Below, one piece after another: positions 26,401 through 41,400 of a DNA stretch of 64,000 nt. Source of the DNA: Squalus acanthias (taxonomy: Eukaryota); assembly GCA_030390025.1 (NCBI GenBank), contig CM059431.1:96412001-96476000 (forward strand), written 5' to 3'. The notes under the pieces were generated by a model. It searched no databases and had not been told where the DNA came from. It saw only the letters and a program-made list of their open reading frames with translations. Numbering within the stretch: the first letter of the stretch is position 1; every line of letters starts with the position of its first letter. The translations under genes were made by a program, and so were the position numbers.

Positions 26401-29400
26401 TCCGTTCCAGTCCACTTCAATCCAATACTCAGTTTCTAATCCGTTCCATTCCAATTCAATCCAATACTCAATTTCCAATTCGTTGCAATCCACTTCAAAC
26501 CAATACTTATTTTTGAATTCTTCCCATTCCATTTCCATCCAATAGTCAGTTTCCACTTCATCCCACTCCAATTCAATCGAATACTCAGTTTCCAATTCTT
26601 TCCATTCCAATTCAGTCCAATGAACAGTTTCCAATTTTTTCCATTCCAATTCAATCCAATGAACAGTTTACAATCCGTTCAATTCCAATTCAATCCAATT
26701 AAAAGTTTCCAATTCTTTCCATTCCAATTCAAGCAAATGAAAAGTTGCCAATTCGTTCCATTCCAATTTAATCCAATGAACAGTTTCCAATTTGTTCCAT
26801 TCAAATTCAAACCAATGAACAGTTTCCAATTCGTCCCATTCCTATTCAATCCAATGAACAGTTTCCAATTCGTTCCATTCCAATTCAATCCAATGAACAG
26901 TTTCCATTTCGTTCCATTTCAGATCAATCCAATGAACAGTTTCCAATTCGTTCAATTCCAAATCAATCCAATGAACAGTTTCCAATTCGTTCCATTCCAA
27001 TTCAATCCAATGAACATTTTCCATTTTGTTCCATTCCAATTCAATCCAATACTCAGATTCCAATTCGTTCCAATCCAATTCAATCCAAATATCTCAGTTT
27101 CCAATTTGTTCCATTCCAATTCAACCCAATACTCCGTTTCAAATTCGTTCCATTCCAATTCAATCCAATGAACAGTTTCCAATTTGTTCCATTCAAATTC
27201 AGTCCAATGAACAGTTTCCAATTCTTTCCATTCCAAATCAGTCCAATGAACAGTTTCCAATTCGTTCCATTCCAATTCAATCCAATGAACAGTTTACAAT
27301 CCGTTGAATTCCAATTCAATCCAATTAAAAGTTTCCAATTCTTTCCATTCCAATTCAAGCAAATGAAAAGTTGCCAATTCGTTCCATTCCAATTTAATCC
27401 AATGAACAGTTTCCAATTTGTTCCATTCAAATTCAAACCAATGAACAGTTTCCAATTCGCTCCATTCCTATTCAATCCAATGAACAGTTTCCATTTCATT
27501 GCATTCCACTTCAATTCTATGAACAGTTTCCAATTCGTTCCATTCCAATTCAATCCAAAGAACGGATTCCAATTCATTCCTTTCCAATTCAAACCAATAC
27601 TCAGTTTCCAAATCATTCCAGTCCAATTCAATCCAATGAACAGTTTCCAATTTGTTCCATTACAAATCAATCCAGTGAACAGTTTCCAATTCGTTCCATT
27701 CCAATCCAATCCAATGAACAGATTCCAATTCCTTCCATTCCAATTCAATCCAATGAACAGTTTCCAAATCGTTCCATTCCAATTCAATACAATGAACAGT
27801 TTCCATTTCGTTCCATTCCAAATCAATCCAATGAACAGTTTCCAATTCGTTCCATTCCAATTCAATCCAATACTCAGATTCCAATTCGTTCCATTCCAAT
27901 TCAATCCAAATATCTCAGTTTCCAATTCGTTCCATTCCAATTACAACCAATACTCAGTTTACAATTCGTTCCATTCTAATTCAATCCAATACTCAGTTTA
28001 CAATTCGTTCCATTCCAATTCAATCCAATATTCAGTTTCCAATTCATTCCATTCAAATTCAGTCCAATGAAGAGTATCGAATTCGTTCCATTCCAATTCA
28101 ATCAAATAAACAGTTTCCAATTCGTTCCATTCCTGTTCAATCCAATGAACAATTTCCAATTCGTTCCATTCCAATTCAATCCAAGGAACAAGTTCCAATT
28201 CATTCCATTCCATTTCAATCCAATGCTCACTTTCCAATTCGCTCTGTTCCAATTCAATCCAAGGCTCAGTTTCCAAATCGTTCCATTCCAATTCAATCCA
28301 ATGAACAATTTCCAATTCGTTTCTTTCCACCTGAATCCAATACTCAGTTTCCAATTCTTTAAATTCCAATGCAATACAATACTCAGTTTCCACTAAGTTC
28401 CAGTCCAACTCAATCCAATATTGAGTTTCCAAACCGTTCAGGTCCAATACAATCCCAGTCTCAGTTTCTAATCCGATCCATTGCAATTCAATCCATACTC
28501 AGTTTCCAATTCGTTCCATTCTAATTCAATCCAAGACTCAGTTTCAAAATAGTTCTAGTCCACGTCAATCCAATGCTCAGTTTCCAATTCGCTCCGTTCC
28601 AATTCAATCCAAGGCTCAGTTTTCAAATCGTTCCATTCCAATTCAATCCAATTAACAATTTCCACTTCGTTTCTTTCCACCTGAATCCAATACTCAGTTT
28701 CCAATTCTTTAAATTCCAATGCAATACAATACTCAGTTTCCACTAAGTTCCAGTCCAACTCAATCCAATATTGAGTTTCCAATTTATTCCATTCCAATTC
28801 AACCCAATACTCCGTTTCAAATTCGTTCCATTCCAATTCAATCCAATGAACAGTTTCCAATTTGTTCCATTCAAATTCAGTCCAATGAACAGTTTCCAAT
28901 TCTTTCCATTCCAATTCAATCCAATGAACAGTTTACATTCCGTTCAATTGCAATTCAATCCAATTAAAAGTTTCCAATTCTTTCCATTCCAATTCAAGCA
29001 AATGAAAAGTTGCCAATTCGTTCCATTCCAATTTAATCCAATGAACAGTTTCCAATTTGTTCCATTCAAATTCAAACCAATGAACAGTTTCTAATTTGTT
29101 CCATTCCAATTCAATACAATGAACAGTTTCCATTTCATTCCATTCCAAATCAATCCAATGAACAGTTTCCAATTCGTTCCATTCCAATTCAATCCAAATA
29201 TCTCAGTTTCCAATTCGTTCCATTCCAATTCCAACCAATACTCAGTTTACAATTCGTTCCATTCTAATTCAATCCAATACTCAGTTTCCAATTCGTTCCA
29301 TTCCAATTCAATCCAATATTCAGTTTCCAATTCGTTCCATTCAAATTTAGTCCAATGAAGAGTATCGAATTCGTTCCATTCCAATTCAATCAAATAAACA

Positions 29401-32400
29401 GTTTCCAATTCGTTCCATTCCTGTTCAATCCAATGAACAATTTCCAATTCATTCCATTCCAATTCAATCCAATCAACAGCTTCCAATTCATTCCATTCCA
29501 ATTCAATCCAATGAACAAGTTCCAATTCATTCCATTCCATTTCAATCCAATGCTCACTTTCCAATTCACTCCATTCCAATTCAATCCAAGGCTCAGTTTC
29601 CAAATCGTTCCATTCCAATTCAATCCAATTAACAATTTCCAATTCGTTTCTTTCCACCTGAATCCAATACTCAGTTTCCAATTCTTTAAATTCCAATGCA
29701 ATACAATACTCAGTTTCCACTAAGTTCCAGTCCAACTCAATCCAATCTTGAGTTTCCAAACCGTTCAGGTCCACTACAATCCCAGTCTCAATTTCTAATT
29801 CGATCCATTGCAATTCAATCCATACTCAGTTTCCAATTCGTTCCATTCTAATTCAATCCAAGACTCAGTTTCAAAATAGTTCCAGTCCACGTCAATCCAA
29901 TACTCAGTTTCTAATTCGTTCCATTCCATTTCAATCCAAAAGTCTGATCCAATTTGTTCCAGTCCAATTCAAGCCAATACTCAGTTTCAAGTTCGTTCCA
30001 TTCCAATTCAATCCAAAATTCAGTTTCTAATCCGTTCCAGTCCACTTCAATCCAATACTCAGTTTCTAATCCGTTCCATTCCAATTCAATCCAATACTCA
30101 ATTTCCAATTCGTTGCAATCCACTTCAAACCAATACTTATTTTTGAATTCTTCCCATTCCATTTCCATCCAATAGTCAGTTTCCACTTCATCCCACTCCA
30201 ATTCAATCGAATACTCAGTTTCCAATTCTTTCCATTCCAATTCAGTCCAATGAACAGTTTCCAATTTTTTCCATTCCAATTCAATCCAATGAACAGTTTA
30301 CAATCCGTTCAATTCCAATTCAATCCAATTAAAAGTTTCCAATTCTTTCCATTCCAATTCAAGCAAATGAAAAGTTGCCAATTCGTTCCATTCCAATTTA
30401 ATCCAATGAACAGTTTCCAATTTGTTCCATTCAAATTCAAACCAATGAACAGTTTCCAATTCGTCCCATTCCTATTCAATCCAATGAACAGTTTCCAATT
30501 CGTTCCATTCCAATTCAATCCAATGAACAGTTTCCATTTCGTTCCATTTCAGATCAATCCAATGAACAGTTTCCAATTCGTTCAATTCCAAATCAATCCA
30601 ATGAACAGTTTCCAATTCGTTCCATTCCAATTCAATCCAATGAACATTTTCCATTTTGTTCCATTCCAATTCAATCCAATACTCAGATTCCAATTCGTTC
30701 CAATCCAATTCAATCCAAATATCTCAGTTTCCAATTTGTTCCATTCCAATTCAACCCAATACTCCGTTTCAAATTCGTTCCATTCCAATTCAATCCAATG
30801 AACAGTTTCCAATTTGTTCCATTCAAATTCAGTCCAATGAACAGTTTCCAATTCTTTCCATTCCAAATCAGTCCAATGAACAGTTTCCAATTCGTTCCAT
30901 TCCAATTCAATCCAATGAACAGTTTACAATCCGTTGAATTCCAATTCAATCCAATTAAAAGTTTCCAATTCTTTCCATTCCAATTCAAGCAAATGAAAAG
31001 TTGCCAATTCGTTCCATTCCAATTTAATCCAATGAACAGTTTCCAATTTGTTCCATTCAAATTCAAACCAATGAACAGTTTCCAATTCGCTCCATTCCTA
31101 TTCAATCCAATGAACAGTTTCCATTTCATTGCATTCCACTTCAATTCTATGAACAGTTTCCAATTCGTTCCATTCCAATTCAATCCAAAGAACGGATTCC
31201 AATTCATTCCTTTCCAATTCAAACCAATACTCAGTTTCCAAATCATTCCAGTCCAATTCAATCCAATGAACAGTTTCCAATTTGTTCCATTACAAATCAA
31301 TCCAGTGAACAGTTTCCAATTCGTTCCATTCCAATCCAATCCAATGAACAGATTCCAATTCCTTCCATTCCAATTCAATCCAATGAACAGTTTCCAAATC
31401 GTTCCATTCCAATTCAATACAATGAACAGTTTCCATTTCGTTCCATTCCAAATCAATCCAATGAACAGTTTCCAATTCGTTCCATTCCAATTCAATCCAA
31501 TACTCAGATTCCAATTCGTTCCATTCCAATTCAATCCAAATATCTCAGTTTCCAATTCGTTCCATTCCAATTACAACCAATACTCAGTTTACAATTCGTT
31601 CCATTCTAATTCAATCCAATACTCAGTTTACAATTCGTTCCATTCCAATTCAATCCAATATTCAGTTTCCAATTCATTCCATTCAAATTCAGTCCAATGA
31701 AGAGTATCGAATTCGTTCCATTCCAATTCAATCAAATAAACAGTTTCCAATTCGTTCCATTCCTGTTCAATCCAATGAACAATTTCCAATTCGTTCCATT
31801 CCAATTCAATCCAAGGAACAAGTTCCAATTCATTCCATTCCATTTCAATCCAATGCTCACTTTCCAATTCGCTCTGTTCCAATTCAATCCAAGGCTCAGT
31901 TTCCAAATCGTTCCATTCCAATTCAATCCAATGAACAATTTCCAATTCGTTTCTTTCCACCTGAATCCAATACTCAGTTTCCAATTCTTTAAATTCCAAT
32001 GCAATACAATACTCAGTTTCCACTAAGTTCCAGTCCAACTCAATCCAATATTGAGTTTCCAAACCGTTCAGGTCCAATACAATCCCAGTCTCAGTTTCTA
32101 ATCCGATCCATTGCAATTCAATCCATACTCAGTTTCCAATTCGTTCCATTCTAATTCAATCCAAGACTCAGTTTCAAAATAGTTCTAGTCCACGTCAATC
32201 CAATGCTCAGTTTCCAATTCGCTCCGTTCCAATTCAATCCAAGGCTCAGTTTTCAAATCGTTCCATTCCAATTCAATCCAATTAACAATTTCCACTTCGT
32301 TTCTTTCCACCTGAATCCAATACTCAGTTTCCAATTCTTTAAATTCCAATGCAATACAATACTCAGTTTCCACTAAGTTCCAGTCCAACTCAATCCAATA

Positions 32401-35400
32401 TTGAGTTTCCAATTTATTCCATTCCAATTCAACCCAATACTCCGTTTCAAATTCGTTCCATTCCAATTCAATCCAATGAACAGTTTCCAATTTGTTCCAT
32501 TCAAATTCAGTCCAATGAACAGTTTCCAATTCTTTCCATTCCAATTCAATCCAATGAACAGTTTACATTCCGTTCAATTGCAATTCAATCCAATTAAAAG
32601 TTTCCAATTCTTTCCATTCCAATTCAAGCAAATGAAAAGTTGCCAATTCGTTCCATTCCAATTTAATCCAATGAACAGTTTCCAATTTGTTCCATTCAAA
32701 TTCAAACCAATGAACAGTTTCTAATTTGTTCCATTCCAATTCAATACAATGAACAGTTTCCATTTCATTCCATTCCAAATCAATCCAATGAACAGTTTCC
32801 AATTCGTTCCATTCCAATTCAATCCAAATATCTCAGTTTCCAATTCGTTCCATTCCAATTCCAACCAATACTCAGTTTACAATTCGTTCCATTCTAATTC
32901 AATCCAATACTCAGTTTCCAATTCGTTCCATTCCAATTCAATCCAATATTCAGTTTCCAATTCGTTCCATTCAAATTTAGTCCAATGAAGAGTATCGAAT
33001 TCGTTCCATTCCAATTCAATCAAATAAACAGTTTCCAATTCGTTCCATTCCTGTTCAATCCAATGAACAATTTCCAATTCATTCCATTCCAATTCAATCC
33101 AATCAACAGCTTCCAATTCATTCCATTCCAATTCAATCCAATGAACAAGTTCCAATTCATTCCATTCCATTTCAATCCAATGCTCACTTTCCAATTCACT
33201 CCATTCCAATTCAATCCAAGGCTCAGTTTCCAAATCGTTCCATTCCAATTCAATCCAATTAACAATTTCCAATTCGTTTCTTTCCACCTGAATCCAATAC
33301 TCAGTTTCCAATTCTTTAAATTCCAATGCAATACAATACTCAGTTTCCACTAAGTTCCAGTCCAACTCAATCCAATCTTGAGTTTCCAAACCGTTCAGGT
33401 CCACTACAATCCCAGTCTCAATTTCTAATTCGATCCATTGCAATTCAATCCATACTCAGTTTCCAATTCGTTCCATTCTAATTCAATCCAAGACTCAGTT
33501 TCAAAATAGTTCCAGTCCACGTCAATCCAATACTCAGTTTCTAATTCGTTCCATTCCATTTCAATCCAAAAGTCTGATCCAATTTGTTCCAGTCCAATTC
33601 AAGCCAATACTCAGTTTCAAGTTCGTTCCATTCCAATTCAATCCAAAATTCAGTTTCTAATCCGTTCCAGTCCACTTCAATCCAATACTCAGTTTCTAAT
33701 CCGTTCCATTCCAATTCAATCCAATACTCAATTTCCAATTCGTTGCAATCCACTTCAAACCAATACTTATTTTTGAATTCTTCCCATTCCATTTCCATCC
33801 AATAGTCAGTTTCCACTTCATCCCACTCCAATTCAATCGAATACTCAGTTTCCAATTCTTTCCATTCCAATTCAGTCCAATGAACAGTTTCCAATTTTTT
33901 CCATTCCAATTCAATCCAATGAACAGTTTACAATCCGTTCAATTCCAATTCAATCCAATTAAAAGTTTCCAATTCTTTCCATTCCAATTCAAGCAAATGA
34001 AAAGTTGCCAATTCGTTCCATTCCAATTTAATCCAATGAACAGTTTCCAATTTGTTCCATTCAAATTCAAACCAATGAACAGTTTCCAATTCGTCCCATT
34101 CCTATTCAATCCAATGAACAGTTTCCAATTCGTTCCATTCCAATTCAATCCAATGAACAGTTTCCATTTCGTTCCATTTCAGATCAATCCAATGAACAGT
34201 TTCCAATTCGTTCAATTCCAAATCAATCCAATGAACAGTTTCCAATTCGTTCCATTCCAATTCAATCCAATGAACATTTTCCATTTTGTTCCATTCCAAT
34301 TCAATCCAATACTCAGATTCCAATTCGTTCCAATCCAATTCAATCCAAATATCTCAGTTTCCAATTTGTTCCATTCCAATTCAACCCAATACTCCGTTTC
34401 AAATTCGTTCCATTCCAATTCAATCCAATGAACAGTTTCCAATTTGTTCCATTCAAATTCAGTCCAATGAACAGTTTCCAATTCTTTCCATTCCAAATCA
34501 GTCCAATGAACAGTTTCCAATTCGTTCCATTCCAATTCAATCCAATGAACAGTTTACAATCCGTTGAATTCCAATTCAATCCAATTAAAAGTTTCCAATT
34601 CTTTCCATTCCAATTCAAGCAAATGAAAAGTTGCCAATTCGTTCCATTCCAATTTAATCCAATGAACAGTTTCCAATTTGTTCCATTCAAATTCAAACCA
34701 ATGAACAGTTTCCAATTCGCTCCATTCCTATTCAATCCAATGAACAGTTTCCATTTCATTGCATTCCACTTCAATTCTATGAACAGTTTCCAATTCGTTC
34801 CATTCCAATTCAATCCAAAGAACGGATTCCAATTCATTCCTTTCCAATTCAAACCAATACTCAGTTTCCAAATCATTCCAGTCCAATTCAATCCAATGAA
34901 CAGTTTCCAATTTGTTCCATTACAAATCAATCCAGTGAACAGTTTCCAATTCGTTCCATTCCAATCCAATCCAATGAACAGATTCCAATTCCTTCCATTC
35001 CAATTCAATCCAATGAACAGTTTCCAAATCGTTCCATTCCAATTCAATACAATGAACAGTTTCCATTTCGTTCCATTCCAAATCAATCCAATGAACAGTT
35101 TCCAATTCGTTCCATTCCAATTCAATCCAATACTCAGATTCCAATTCGTTCCATTCCAATTCAATCCAAATATCTCAGTTTCCAATTCGTTCCATTCCAA
35201 TTACAACCAATACTCAGTTTACAATTCGTTCCATTCTAATTCAATCCAATACTCAGTTTACAATTCGTTCCATTCCAATTCAATCCAATATTCAGTTTCC
35301 AATTCATTCCATTCAAATTCAGTCCAATGAAGAGTATCGAATTCGTTCCATTCCAATTCAATCAAATAAACAGTTTCCAATTCGTTCCATTCCTGTTCAA

Positions 35401-38400
35401 TCCAATGAACAATTTCCAATTCGTTCCATTCCAATTCAATCCAAGGAACAAGTTCCAATTCATTCCATTCCATTTCAATCCAATGCTCACTTTCCAATTC
35501 GCTCTGTTCCAATTCAATCCAAGGCTCAGTTTCCAAATCGTTCCATTCCAATTCAATCCAATGAACAATTTCCAATTCGTTTCTTTCCACCTGAATCCAA
35601 TACTCAGTTTCCAATTCTTTAAATTCCAATGCAATACAATACTCAGTTTCCACTAAGTTCCAGTCCAACTCAATCCAATATTGAGTTTCCAAACCGTTCA
35701 GGTCCAATACAATCCCAGTCTCAGTTTCTAATCCGATCCATTGCAATTCAATCCATACTCAGTTTCCAATTCGTTCCATTCTAATTCAATCCAAGACTCA
35801 GTTTCAAAATAGTTCTAGTCCACGTCAATCCAATGCTCAGTTTCCAATTCGCTCCGTTCCAATTCAATCCAAGGCTCAGTTTCCAAATCGTTCCATTCCA
35901 ATTCAATCCAATTAACAATTTCCACTTCGTTTCTTTCCACCTGAATCCAATACTCAGTTTCCAATTCTTTAAATTCCAATGCAATACAATACTCAGTTTC
36001 CACTAAGTTCCAGTCCAACTCAATCCAATATTGAGTTTCCAAACCGTTCAGGTCCACGACAATCCCAGTCTCAGTTTCTAATTCGATCCATTGCAATTCA
36101 ATCCATACCTAGTTTCCAATTCGTTCCATTCTAATTCAATCCAAGACTCAGTTTCAAAATAGTTCCAGTCCACGTCAATCCAATACTCAGTTACTAATTC
36201 GTTCCATTCCATTTCAATCCAAAAGTCTGATCCAATTTGTTCCAGTCCAATTCAAGCCAATACTCAGTTTGAAGTTCGTTCCATTCCAATTCAATCCAAA
36301 ATTCAGTTTCTAATCCGTTCCAGTCCACTTCAATCCAATACTCAGTTACTAATCCGTTCCATTCCAATTCAATCCAATACTCAATTTCCAATTCGTTGCA
36401 ATCCACTTCAAACCAATACTTATTTTTGAATTCTTCCCATTCCATTTCCATCCAATAGTCAGTTTCCACTTCATCCCACTCCAATTCAATCGAATGCTCA
36501 GTTTCCAATTTGTTCCATTCCAATTCAACCCAATACTCCGTTTCAAATTCGTTCCATTCCAATTCAATTCAATGAACATTTGCCGATTCGTTCCATTAAT
36601 ATTCAATCCAATGAACAGTTTCCGATTCTTTCCATTCCAATTCAGTCCAATGAACAGTTTCCAATTCGTTCTATTCCAATTCAATCCAATGAAAAGTTTC
36701 CAATTTTTTCCATTCCAATTCAATCCAATGAACAGTTTACAATCCGTTCAATTCCAATTCAATCCAATTGAAAGTTTCCAATTCTTTCCATTCCAATTCA
36801 AGCAAATGAAAAGTTGCCAATTCGTTCCATTCCAATTTAATCCAATGAACAGTTTCCAATTCGTTCCATTCAAATTCAAACCAATGAACAGTTTCCAATT
36901 CGTCCCATTCCTATTCAATCCAATGAACAGTTTCCAAATCATTCCATTCCAATTCAATCCAATGAACAGTTTCCATTTCGTTCCATTACAAATCAATCCA
37001 ATGAACAGTTTCCAATTCGTTCAATTCCAAATCAATCCAATGAACAGTTTCCAATTCGTTCCATTCCAATTCAATCCAATGAACATTTTCCATTTTGTTC
37101 CATTCCAATTCAATCCAATACTCAGATTCCAATTCGTTCCATTCCAATTTAATCCAAATATCTCAGTTTCCAATTTGTTCCATTCCAATTCAACCCAATA
37201 CTCCGTTTCCAATTCGTTCCATTCCAATTCAATCCAATGAACAGTTTCCAATTTGTTCCATTCAAATTCAGTCCAATGAACAGTTTCCAATTCTTTCCAT
37301 TCCAATTCAATCCAATGAACAGTTTACAATCCGTTCAATTGCAATTCAATCCAATTAAAAGTTTCCAATTCTTTCCATTCCAATTCAAGCAAATGAAAAG
37401 TTGCCAATTCGTTCCATTCCAATTTAATCCAATGAACAGTTTCCAATTTGTTCCATTCAAATTCAAACCAATGAACAGTTTCTAATTTGTTCCATTCCAA
37501 TTCAATACAATGAACAGTTTCCATTTCGTTCCATTCCAAATCAATCCAATGAACAGTTTCCAATTCGTTCCATTCCAATTCAATCCAAATATCTCAGTTT
37601 CCAATTCGTTCCATTCCAATTCTAACCAATACTCAGTTTACAATTCGTTCCATTCTAATTCAATCCAATACTCAGTTTCCAATTCGTTCCATTCCAATTC
37701 AATCCAATATTCAGTTTCCAATTTGTTCCATTCAAATTCAGTCCAATGAAGAGTATCGAATTCGTTCCATTCCAATTCAATCAAATGAACAGTTTCCAAT
37801 TCGTTCCATTCCTGTTCAATCCAATGAACAATTTCCAATTCGTTCCATTCCAATTCAATCCAATCAACAGCTTCCAATTAATTCCATTCCAATTCAATCC
37901 AATGAACAAGTTCCAATTCATTCCATTCCATTTCAATCCAATGCTCACTTTCCAATTCGCTCCATTCCAATTCAATCCAAGGCTCAGTTTCCAAATCGTT
38001 CCATTCCAATTCAATCCAATGAACAATTTCCAATTCGTTTCTTTCCACCTGAATCCAATACTCAGTTTCCAATTCTTTAAATTCCAATGCAATACAATAC
38101 TCAGTTTCCACTAAGTTCCAGTCCAACTCAATCCAATATTGAGTTTCCAAACCGTTCAGGTCCACTACAATCCCAGTCTCAATTTCTAATTCGATCCATT
38201 GCAATTCAATCCATACTCAGTTTCCAATTCGTTCCATTCTAATTCAATCCAAGACTCAGTTTCAAAATAGTTCCAGTCCACGTCAATCCAATACTCAGTT
38301 TCTAATTCGTTCCATTCCATTTCAATCCAAAAGTCTGATCCAATTTGTTCCAGTCCAATTCAAGCCAATACTCAGTTTCAAGTTCGTTCCATTCCAATTC

Positions 38401-41400
38401 AATCCAATACTCAATTTCCAATTCGTTCCAGTCCACTTCAATCCAATACTCAGTTTCTAATCCGTTCCATTCCAATTCAATCCAATACTCAATTTCCAAT
38501 TCGTTGCAATCCACTTCAAACCAATACTTATTTTTGAATTCTTCCCATTCCATTTCCATCCAATAGTCAGTTTCCACTTCATCCCACTCCAATTCAATCG
38601 AATACTCAGTTTCCAATTCTTTCCATTCCAATTCAGTCCAATGAACAGTTTCCAATTCGTTCCATTCCAATTCAATCCAATGAAAAGTTTCCAATTTTTT
38701 CCATTCCAATTCAATCCAATGAACAGTTTACAATCCGTTGAATTCCAATTCAATCCAATTAAAAGTATCCAATTCTTTCCATTCCAATTCAAGCAAATGA
38801 AAAGTTGCCAATTCGTTCCATTCCAATTTAATCCAATGAACAGTTTCCAATTCGTTCCATTCAAATTCAAACCAATGAACAGTTTCCAATTCGTCCCATT
38901 CCTATTCAATCCAATGAATAGTTTCCAATTCGTTCCATTCCAATTCAATCCAATGCTCAGTTTCCAATTCGTTCCATTACAGATCAATCCAATGAACAGT
39001 TTCCAATTCGTTCAATTCCAAATCAATCCAATGAACAGTTTCCAATTCGTTCCATTCCAATTCAATCCAATGAACATTTTCCATTTTGTTCCATTCCAAT
39101 TCAATCCAATACTCAGATTCCAATTCGTTCCATTCCAATTTAATCCAAATATCTCAGTTTCCAATTTGTTCCATTCCAATTCAACCCAATACTCCGTTTC
39201 AAATTCGTTCCATTCCAATTCAATCCAATGAACAGTTTCCAATTTGTTCCATTCAAATTCAGTCCAATGAACAGTTTCCAATTCTTTCCATTCCAATTCA
39301 ATCCAATGAACAGTTTACAATCCGTTCAATTGCAATTCAATCCAATTAAAAGTTTCCAATTCTTTCCATTCCAATTCAAGCAAATGAAAAGTTGCCAATT
39401 CGTTCCATTCCAATTTAATCCAATGAACAGTTTCCAATTTGTTCCATTCAAATTCAAACCAATGAACAGTTTCTAATTTGTTCCATTCCAATTCAATACA
39501 ATGAACAGTTTCCATTTCATTCCATTCCAAATCAATCCAATGAACAGTTTCCAATTCGTTCCATTCCAATTCAATCCAAATATCTCAGTTTCCAATTCGT
39601 TCCATTCCAATTCCAACCAATACTCAGTTTACAATTCGTTCCATTCTAATTCAATCCAATACTCAGTTTCCAATTCGTTCCATTCCAATTCAATCCAATA
39701 TTCAGTTTCCAATTCGTTCCATTCAAATTTAGTCCAATGAAGAGTATCGAATTCGTTCCATTCCAATTCAATCAAATAAACAGTTTCCAATTCGTTCCAT
39801 TCCTGTTCAATCCAATGAACAATTTCCAATTCATTCCATTCCAATTCAATCCAATCAACAGCTTCCAATTCATTCCATTCCAATTCAATCCAATGAACAA
39901 GTTCCAATTCATTCCATTCCATTTCAATCCAATGCTCACTTTCCAATTCGCTCCATTCCAATTCAATCCAAGGCTCAGTTTCCAAATCGTTCCATTCCAA
40001 TTCAATCCAATTAACAATTTCCAATTCGTTTCTTTCCACCTGAATCCAATACTCAGTTTCCAATTCTTTAAATTCCAATGCAATACAATACTCAGTTTCC
40101 ACTAAGTTCCAGTCCAACTCAATCCAATATTGAGTTTCCAAACCGTTCAGGTCCACTACAATCCCAGTCTCAATTTCTAATTCGATCCATTGCAATTCAA
40201 TCCATACTCAGTTTCCAATTCGTTCCATTCTAATTCAATCCAAGACTCAGTTTCAAAATAGTTCCAGTCCACGTCAATCCAATACTCAGTTTCTAATTCG
40301 TTCCATTCCATTTCAATCCAAAAGTCTGATCCAATTTGTTCCAGTCCAATTCAAGCCAATACTCAGTTTCAAGTTCGTTCCATTCCAATTCAATCCAAAA
40401 TTCAGTTTCTAATCCGTTCCAGTCCACTTCAATCCAATACTCAGTTTCTAATCCGTTCCATTCCAATTCAATCCAATACTCAATTTCCAATTCGTTGCAA
40501 TCCACTTCAAACCAATACTTATTTTTGAATTCTTCCCATTCCATTTCCATCCAATAGTCAGTTTCCACTTCATCCCACTCCAATTCAATCGAATACTCAG
40601 TTTCCAATTCTTTCCATTCCAATTCAGTCCAATGAACAGTTTCCAATTTTTTCCATTCCAATTCAATCCAATGAACAGTTTACAATCCGTTGAATTCCAA
40701 TTCAATCCAATTAAAAGTTTCCAATTCTTTCCATTCCAATTCAAGCAAATGAAAAGTTGCCAATTCGTTCCATTCCAATTTAATCCAATGAACAGTTTCC
40801 AATTTGTTCCATTCAAATTCAAACCAATGAACAGTTTCCAATTCTTCCCATTCCTATTCAATCCAATGAACAGTTTCCAATTCGTTCCATTCCAATTCAA
40901 TCCAATGAACAGTTTCCATTTCGTTCCATTTCAGATCAATCCAATGAACAGTTTCCAATTCGTTCAATTCCAAATCAATCCAATGAACAGTTTCCAATTC
41001 GTTCCATTCCAATTCAATCCAATGAACATTTTCCATTTTGTTCCATTCCAATTCAATCCAATACTCAGATTCCAATTCGTTCCAATCCAATTCAATCCAA
41101 ATATCTCAGTTTCCAATTTGTTCCATTCCAATTCAACCCAATACTCCGTTTCAAATTCGTTCCATTCCAATTCAATCCAATGAACAGTTTCCAATTTGTT
41201 CCATTCAAATTCAGTCCAATGAACAGTTTCCAATTCTTTCCATTCCAAATCAGTCCAATGAACAGTTTCCAATTCGTTCCATTCCAATTCAATCCAATGA
41301 ACAGTTTACAATCCGTTGAATTCCAATTCAATCCAATTAAAAGTTTCCAATTCTTTCCATTCCAATTCAAGCAAATGAAAAGTTGCCAATTCGTTCCATT

